Translations under genes and position numbers: made by a program
From: Octopus vulgaris
Lineage: Eukaryota
Assembly: GCA_951406725.2 (NCBI GenBank)
Contig: OX597822.1
Span: 69,254,001 to 69,318,000, forward strand
Length of the DNA stretch: 64,000 nt
Reading direction: 5' to 3'
Notes under the pieces: generated by a model
The model's input: only the letters and a program-made list of their open reading frames with translations
The model's database searches: none
Told to the model about the DNA's origin: nothing
Shown here: positions 54,921-64,000 of the stretch, in pieces
Layout: each line of letters begins with the position of its first letter
Position numbering within the stretch: the stretch's first letter is position 1

Positions 54921-55835
54921 TATCTCAATCTTCTATTCCCGTGCAAGAATACCGAATGTAATGACATCACTGGCGTACAACATGAGATTGGCTTAGAGAG
55001 ATTGAGTGTGAGAGAGAAAGTGGTACATAATACGTACACATAAACTAGATGCTCGTACAGATGAACAGACGGAGATATCAAATTTCTGATGTCAAATAAG
55101 CGTCGATTCAGTGATACAAAACAGGTGGTGTCAAAACCGCTGCGCCAAAACGCTTCATGTCCGACTTAAGGACGGCGTTTTGGTGATGATATGGGTTTGT
55201 ATGTTGGAAATAAAGATTAAATAAAGAAACCTCTATGTAATCGTTCGATGCGATTGAAATAGCAGCCCAAATCCTTCAAATGCTTTTCTACGGGTTTTGA
55301 AGAAGAAAAGATACATTGTGTTACTGCAGTCTTACATGTACGAAAATAGTCAGAATTACAGAATAAGCACCCACCACTTCCCTTCAGTAATATTTTTTTT
55401 TCAGATTTGTTGATTGTTTTCAGAAATTTCTTTGAGTTTCCATGTTTTAAAATCCGAAAATACGAATTAGAGGAAAAAAATATAAAAATGAAAATTTCAT
55501 CTTTTGTGTCTTTTTTCTCCGTTCTCGTCGTTGCATCCGGCGATAACTTCGTTTATTTTTTTGTAAAAACAATTTACTTATGCATAAATTAGATAAATGC
55601 ACAAATATACGCATACATATATATGAGCCTATATCAGAGCACACTTACATACTAATATCTGCGTATATATGCATATATATTATGTATTACACACACACAC
55701 ACATAAGCGCAGGCATGGTGGTATGCTTTGACAGTCCGCTTCGCAACAACGTGGTTTTGTATTCAGCCTCACAGCGTGGCAATTTGGGCAAGGGTTGAGT
55801 GAATTTGGTTGACGGAAACTGTGTGGGCTCTCTCG

Positions 55836-55883
<48 letters not shown>

Positions 55884-56106
55884 GCACACACACACATATA
55901 CTCTCTATACAGGGCAAATAATTCGCGAGAAAATACAGTACAGAAACCAGTCCACGTGAGTCCTTATGCTTAAATGTACGTTAAGAGATTTTATTAACCT
56001 AATCTGCTTTCGGTTGATTTCTGTAGTTATCGTCAGTGTAATTTTGGCGATTTAAGAGTTTTGACTGTTATTTCCAGTTGGCAGACATACTTAGTATGTC
56101 CTTTGA

Positions 56107-57939
<1,833 letters not shown>

Positions 57940-58039
57940 NNNNNNNNNNNNNNNNNNNNNNNNNNNNNNNNNNNNNNNNNNNNNNNNNNNNNNNNNNNNN
58001 NNNNNNNNNNNNNNNNNNNNNNNNNNNNNNNNNNNNNNN
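57940..58039. other. Assembly gap (100 N)
   Basis: N run. Confidence 1.
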
Positions 58040-58203
58040 GAAGATTCTAGAAAGTGCAAGGCTCCAATTAATTTTTTTTATGGCAATCCTTAGGTAACCA
58101 GCTGCACAGCTGAACTTAGGCAGCTGAGAGGTTATAGCATTAGAAATTAAAACACTCCATGTATTTACCTTCTTATCTTTCTCGCTAATATTGTTATTAT
58201 CTC

Positions 58204-58497
58204 GGGCGGCGAGCTAGCAGAATCGTTAACATGCTGAGCGAAATACTTAGTGGCATTTCGTCCGTCGTTATGTTCTGAGTTCAAATCCCACCGAGATCAA
58301 CTTGCCTTTCATCCTTTCGAGGTCGATAAAATAAGTACCAGTTACGTACTGGGGTCGATATAATCGACTTAATCCCTTTGTCTGTCCTTATTTGTTCCCT
58401 CTATGTTTAGTCCCCTGTAGGCAATAAAGAAATAAATATAATCAACTTCCCTCCTCCCCCGAAATTGCTAGCCTTGTGCCAAAATTTGAAACCAATA
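58204..58497 (+). mobile_element. SINE family A
   Basis: Head, core and tail. Confidence 0.85.
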
Positions 58498-59194
58498 TTT
58501 ATACTTTTTCTTCTCTTTTTCTGTCATGGATATGAGAATGACAGAAAATCTTTTTTATTTTTCTCCTTCTTTTCTCTCTACTCACTCCTCTTCTGGGCAT
58601 TTTTATCATTTACAAGCAATTCCTAACTCTTTGAACCTTTCTACATGTCTTTTTGTGCCAACTTCTTTCTATATCTAAAATCTCTGCTGTTTATATCTAG
58701 CACCCGCCTCTCTACCGTTTGTTTTAAATATGGCGTGCACAGGAAGGTGTTCATAATTTTTGCAGGTAAAATTTATACGGCTAAAATTCAGTCAGGGGGG
58801 GCAGCTAGAGTGTGTGCCTGCAATGACAATACAACCAATACAGGGTTATGCAACAGACCGAGTGCCACTCCTATTAAAGCGTCGCCGAAGGTGCGGCCCA
58901 GTTTGAATATGAGTAGGATAAATATTGGCGGGCAAATAGCAAAAGAAGCAGAAGCTGAAATGGGTTGACGTTCGTAAATTAAAATTAAAATCGGACGAAC
59001 TGGTTCCAGCAGGTTTGGAAGCCACGGTAGAAATGAGGACAAGAGAGGAGGGAAATGAGGACAGGAAGAAAGACAGGTGCATCACATAGTTTTGGGTGGT
59101 GGTTAGTGGTGGTAACATGTAATTGCCGAAATAAGAAGACTACAATACAATTAATCGTATGATGATAATCGCATGAATTACCAGGGGGCTGCAC

Positions 59195-59490
59195 CTAGAG
59201 AGTTACCCTCCGAGGCACAAGTCCTGTGAAGGTTGTTTATGGAAGATTAGCAGTCGTCCATGCATACCTGCTTCGTCCTCTTCAAGCCACCAATGATGTC
59301 CAAGGAAAAGTAAAGGTAAATATAGCTTGGCACTAGTGACGTTGCAACTCATTTCTACAGTTGATTAAACTGGAGCATCGTGAAATAAAGTGTCTTGCTC
59401 AAGAAGACAACACACAGCCCGGTCCGGGAATCGAACTCACTACTACAGGATTGTGAGCCCGACGCTCTAACCACGGGGTCATGATCCATT
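59195..59490 (-). mobile_element. SINE family D
   Basis: Homologous to 26630-26900; A/B boxes on the minus strand. Confidence 0.8.
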
Positions 59491-59683
59491 ACATGTATTT
59501 TAAAACAGAAGATTCCTGTCTGACCCAGCTTATTTGTTTTCCCTTTGTTTCTGTCAAAAGAAACATATTTCTATTTTGTTGACGTCATAAAAATTTAGAA
59601 ACTTAGAGAGAACATGAAATAATTCCGTTTTAATGGTGGAACTCGAAATTGATAGAGCTATGGATAAGGATTTCAAATATTTC

Positions 59684-59878
59684 CACAAGGGCCGCTTGGG
59701 AGAAAGGTTTAAGTCAATTTCAACGATCCCAGTGCGTAACTGGCACTTATTTAATCGACCTCGAAAAGGTGGAAGGCAAAGTCGATCTCCGCAGAATTTG
59801 AACTCAGAACGTAGTGGCAGACGAGAAGCTGTTAAGGATTTCGCCCGATCTGCTAACGATTCTGCCAGCTCGCCACTT
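59684..59878 (-). mobile_element. SINE family A
   Basis: Core and head on the minus strand. Confidence 0.8.
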
Positions 59879-60220
59879 TAGCGTGCTTTTGATAATAGTG
59901 TGCAAAAGTCTTTGGCTAGAAAAAGTCGAAAGCCGACCGTGGGACTCGAACCCAAATCTTCTATAATACATGCTATGCTTATCTAATTGTTCATTACTTT
60001 GAATTCCACGAATTATGCTTTTATTTTATATATCTTTTCATTAATTAATTTCCATAGCCTTATCAGATTTATTTGTTATCTGTGTAGTAATTTAATACTT
60101 CGCATCTCTCTCCCGCCCCCTCTCTTTCTCCCGCTCTCTCTCCTTACCCTCTCTCTCTCCCCTACCTCTCACTCTCCGTCTGTATATATGTGTGTGTGTG
60201 TGTGTGTCTATATATATAAT

Positions 60221-60606
60221 CGTGGAGGCGCAATGGCCCAGTGGTTAGGGTAGCGGACTCGCGGTCATAGGATCGCGGTTTCGATTCCCAGACCGGGCGC
60301 TGTGAGTGTTTATTGAGCGAAAACCCCTAAAGCTCCACGAGGCTCCGGCAGGGGATGGTGGTGATCCCTGCTGTACTCTTTCACCACAACTTTCTCTCAC
60401 TCTTACTTCCTGTTTCTGTTGTACCTGTATTTCAAAGGGCCGGCCTTGTCACTCTCTGTGTCACGCTGAATATCCCCGAGAACTACGTTAAGGGTACACG
60501 TGTCTGTGGAGTGCTCAGCCACTTACACGTTAATTTCACGAGCAAGCTGTTCCGTTGATTCGGATCAACCGGAACCCTCGTCGTCGTAACCGACGGAATG
60601 CTTCCA
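60221..60606 (+). mobile_element. Full-length SINE family C with third tail type
   Basis: tRNA-like head with TGGCCCAGTGG and GTTTCGATTCC boxes; TSD TATATATAAT. Confidence 0.9.
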
Positions 60607-60660
60607 TATATATAATACAGTTCTATATTTAACAGATGAGGAATTATGTACATTATTTAC

Positions 60661-60822
60661 ATTATTTACATTTGACGGATGTCCTCATTTTGTTTGTTGT
60701 TGACACAACGTTTCGGCTGATATACCCTCCCCAAGACACCTGATGAAGACTGGATGGTATATCAGCCAAAACGTGTCAGCAACCAACAAGATGAGGACAA
60801 ACATCCGTCAAATGTCAATAAT
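60661..60822. mobile_element. Palindromic Penelope-type element with partial hammerhead motifs on both arms
   Basis: ~65-bp imperfect inverted arms; plus arm gacac-CTGATGA-agactg...cagcc-AAAAC-gtgtc; minus arm cagcc-GAAAC-GTT-gtgtc. Confidence 0.65.
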
Positions 60823-60831
60823 TTAAATAAT

Positions 60832-61236
60832 GAGTGGCTGTGTGGTAAGTAGCTTGTTTACCAACCACATGGTTCCGGGTTCAGTCCCACTGCGTGGCAG
60901 CTTGGGCAAGTGTCTTCTACTATAGCCTCGGGCCGACCAAAGCCTTGTGAGTGGATTTGGTAGACGGAAACTGAAAGAAGCCCGTCGTATATATGTATAT
61001 ATATACATATATATATGCGTGTGTGTGTTTGTGTGTCTGTATTTGTCCCCCTAGCATTGCTTGACAACCGATGCTGGTGTGTTTATGTCCCCGTGACATA
61101 GCGGTTCGACACAAGGGACCGATAGAATAAGTACTGGGCTTACAAAGAATAAGTCCCGGGGTTGAGTTGCTCGACTAAAGGCGGTGCTCCAGCATGGCCG
61201 CAGTCAACTGACTGAAACAAGTAAAAGAGTAAAAGA

Positions 61237-61238
<2 letters not shown>
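60832..61238 (+). mobile_element. Full-length SINE family B (tRNA head, CORE-like segment, internal TA/TG tract)
   Basis: GTGGTAAG...GGTTCAGTCCC boxes, CTTGGGCAAGTG CORE-like motif, (GTAAAAGA)n tail; about 10 copies in the window. Confidence 0.9.
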
Positions 61239-61329
<91 letters not shown>

Positions 61330-61396
61330 CAAGATAATAAGAAAATAGCAATAATCAAATTAATTATAATTTATTAATTACAAAATTGAACATCAT

Positions 61397-61460
61397 CTCT
61401 GACAGCTGTTTCGTGTAGGGAAATCTACAAGTGGATTTTCTCCCTACACTCATCAGACAA
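61397..61460 (-). ncRNA. Type I hammerhead ribozyme
   Basis: ttgt-CTGATGA-gtgtaggga...tccctacac-GAAAC-agct-GTC-agag; perfect 9-bp stem II with G10.1-C11.1, palindromic AGCT loop III. Confidence 0.8.
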
Positions 61461-61806
61461 CAATCTGAAAATGTAAGGCGATATCTTTTTCCACCTCCAA
61501 TGAGATTCAACTTTAAAATATTTTTAATTATACTAATTAATTTCTAAAGTCATGACGCGAAACAGTTGTCAGAGATGATGTCCAATTTTGTAATTAAAAA
61601 ATAATTATTAATTTAATTATGTCTATTTTCTTATAAATATATATAAACGCTGGTTTATCCAATTACGTTACAGTTAAATATTAAGCGTAATATTCAATAC
61701 TTTTTGTAATATTTATTGGATTTTATCCCTTAATGAGGTTTTTAACCTTTAATTGAACTTATACACACACACACACGCACATATATATAATTAAATTCTG
61801 AGCCGA

Positions 61807-61878
61807 AGCGGACACTCGGGATTGAACCAGGGTCCTCTCGATATGGAGTCGAATGCTCTTCTACTGAGCTATATTGCT
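61807..61878 (-). pseudogene. tRNA-Cys-like pseudogene (anticodon position reads CCA)
   Basis: TATAGCTCAGTaGaAGAGCATTCGACT-CCA-TATCGAGAGGaCCCTGGTTCAATCC; D and anticodon stems pair, acceptor stem broken. Confidence 0.6.
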
Positions 61879-61946
61879 ATCTATTTACGTAATTGATGTC
61901 CTCTAAATCCCATTACAGGACACAATTTTTTTAATGTAGCGTTTCT

Positions 61947-61996
<50 letters not shown>

Positions 61997-62078
61997 GTCA
62001 ATCTATCTATTCATCTACATACATACACACACACAGACACACACAGAGACACACACACAGACATACACACAGACACAG

Positions 62079-62109
<31 letters not shown>

Positions 62110-62879
62110 TACACGTTTGTGTGTGTGTGTGTGTGTGTGTGTTTGTTTACTATCAAGTAATCTATTGTCTTAGACAATTTAAAAGGCGCAACACAAATTT
62201 GGCAAGACTTTTCTTAAACCATCAATTGCTAGCAGGCCAGACGCTGATCTTGTGTTTATAGGCCGTATGCTATCTTTCTTTTTATTTATTTATTCAAAAC
62301 TACACATTAAACGCCATCGAATACTGGGACTTGATAATAAAATAAACAAAAGATACACAATTACTTTTAAAGAAGGAAGAGTTGCCTCCCCTGACATAGA
62401 ATTTTCACTAAGCCACATTTCTCCCTCCAATTAAAATGATATTATTATGTCATCGGTACTTAATTTATCGGTCACAGATTCGACTATTCATCGACCTTAT
62501 ATACACATAATTAGATGTCCACTTCCATAGGAAAGGTAACTAATTTGTTCAATCCAATATTTAATGTTAATCTTCAAATCTGAATTTATCAAGGGAATAA
62601 CACAACATAAGCATTAACGTCTATCATACATATTCCTACCAACCTATAAACCTACATCCTACATACCTAGCGACATAAATACCCACGTACTTACCTGCCT
62701 GCCTGCCTACATTACCTACATACGCTCATATATATATATATACATGTATATATACATATAACCTACATATATATATATAACCTACATATTATATCAATTA
62801 TGCATTGATATAAATTGTTCAATAAAGCCAGAAACATATGTACCACAAAACCCTTTGCACCCTGTTTTTCTTTTGATAA

Positions 62880-62919
<40 letters not shown>

Positions 62920-62925
62920 TATGTG

Positions 62926-62956
<31 letters not shown>

Positions 62957-63002
62957 GTGTGTGTATACACATATACATTATATGAGTGTGTGTGTGTTAA
63001 GT

Positions 63003-63320
63003 CACGTGGCTTAGTGAATAGGGCAATCGGCTCACAACCGTAAGGTCATGAGTTCGATTCCCGGTGGCTCGCTTTGTCCTTCAGCAAGACACTTTATTTC
63101 GCCTTGAACCAGTCCAATCAGCTGGCAAAAATGAGCAGTACCTGTATTTTAATCTGCCAGCCACATTACATTTTGTGTCAAGCTGAATCTTTTTCGGAAC
63201 TACATTACGGGTACGCATGTCTGTGGGGTGCTCAGCCACTTGCACGTTAATTTCACGAGTAGGATGTTCCGTGGATCGAATCATCTGAAACCCTCGTCGT
63301 CATAACCGACGGGCTGCCAG
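63003..63320 (+). mobile_element. SINE with family D-like head/CORE-like body and the tail seen at 60420-60606
   Basis: GAGTTCGATTCCC B-box, GCAAGACACTTTATTTC body, shared 3' segment. Confidence 0.8.
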
Positions 63321-63378
<58 letters not shown>

Positions 63379-63414
63379 GTATGTGTGCGTTTTTGTAATA
63401 CATACATGCTTTTT

Positions 63415-63610
63415 CTTTTATTCGTTTCAGTCATTTGACTGCGGCCATGCTGGAGCACAGCCTTTAGTTGAACAAATCGACCCCAGTACTTATTCTTTTA
63501 TAAGCCTAGTACTTAATCTATTGGTCTATTTTTCCGAATCGCTAAGTTACGGGGACATAAACACACCAGCATCGGTCCCCAAGCGATGCTGGGGGACAAA
63601 CACACACACA
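63415..63610 (-). mobile_element. SINE family B 3' half
   Basis: Reverse complement of 61040-61230. Confidence 0.8.
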
Positions 63611-63638
63611 CACACACATATATATGTATGCATCTACG

Positions 63639-63718
<80 letters not shown>

Positions 63719-63720
63719 CA

Positions 63721-63780
<60 letters not shown>

Positions 63781-64000
63781 GTAAAATCATTAATAATTTT
63801 TATCAAGTGGTCAGGGCGGAAATAAAAACCTCATAGGTAAATGTTAATTTTTCATAATTATATACATAATTATAACAAGAGATTGGTTTGTGCCTCACCA
63901 CGCACTGAAAAACAGACGTCGATATTCTATCACCGCCATAAATTCTCGGAGAATTTATGGTGGTAATAGTGTCTTCCGACGTCTATGTTTCAGTGCGTGG

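Noticed and set aside
59925-59995. tRNA-like B-box plus T-run on the minus strand (similar at 15862-15900)
   Set aside because: No cloverleaf; decayed tRNA/SINE head only

Overview
AT-rich, microsatellite-saturated eukaryotic DNA. The repeat families suggest an octopus or other coleoid cephalopod (inferred, not verified). No complete host gene is recognisable. Nearly all listed ORFs are translations of (TA)n, (CA)n, (ATAC)n, (ATCT)n and (ATT)n tracts, leaving only two weak candidate host exons. The window is a transposon graveyard: at least four tRNA-derived SINE families, fragments of R4/Dong, RTE and CR1 LINEs, a deleted mariner, a Buster/Charlie hAT transposase remnant, and hAT and Tc2/pogo MITEs. 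The most interesting signal is a set of hammerhead-ribozyme (HHR) motifs of the minimal Penelope/retrozyme type. At 30788-33272 an ~355-nt HHR-bearing repeat unit is present as an inverted copy plus a permuted direct copy. The direct copy is split just upstream of the ribozyme by a 1.73-kb ORF1-only (HAL1-like, L1/Tx1-type RRM plus zinc knuckle) retro-insertion. Further HHR or HHR-like motifs lie near 26.3, 39.9, 46.9, 60.7 and 61.4 kb.
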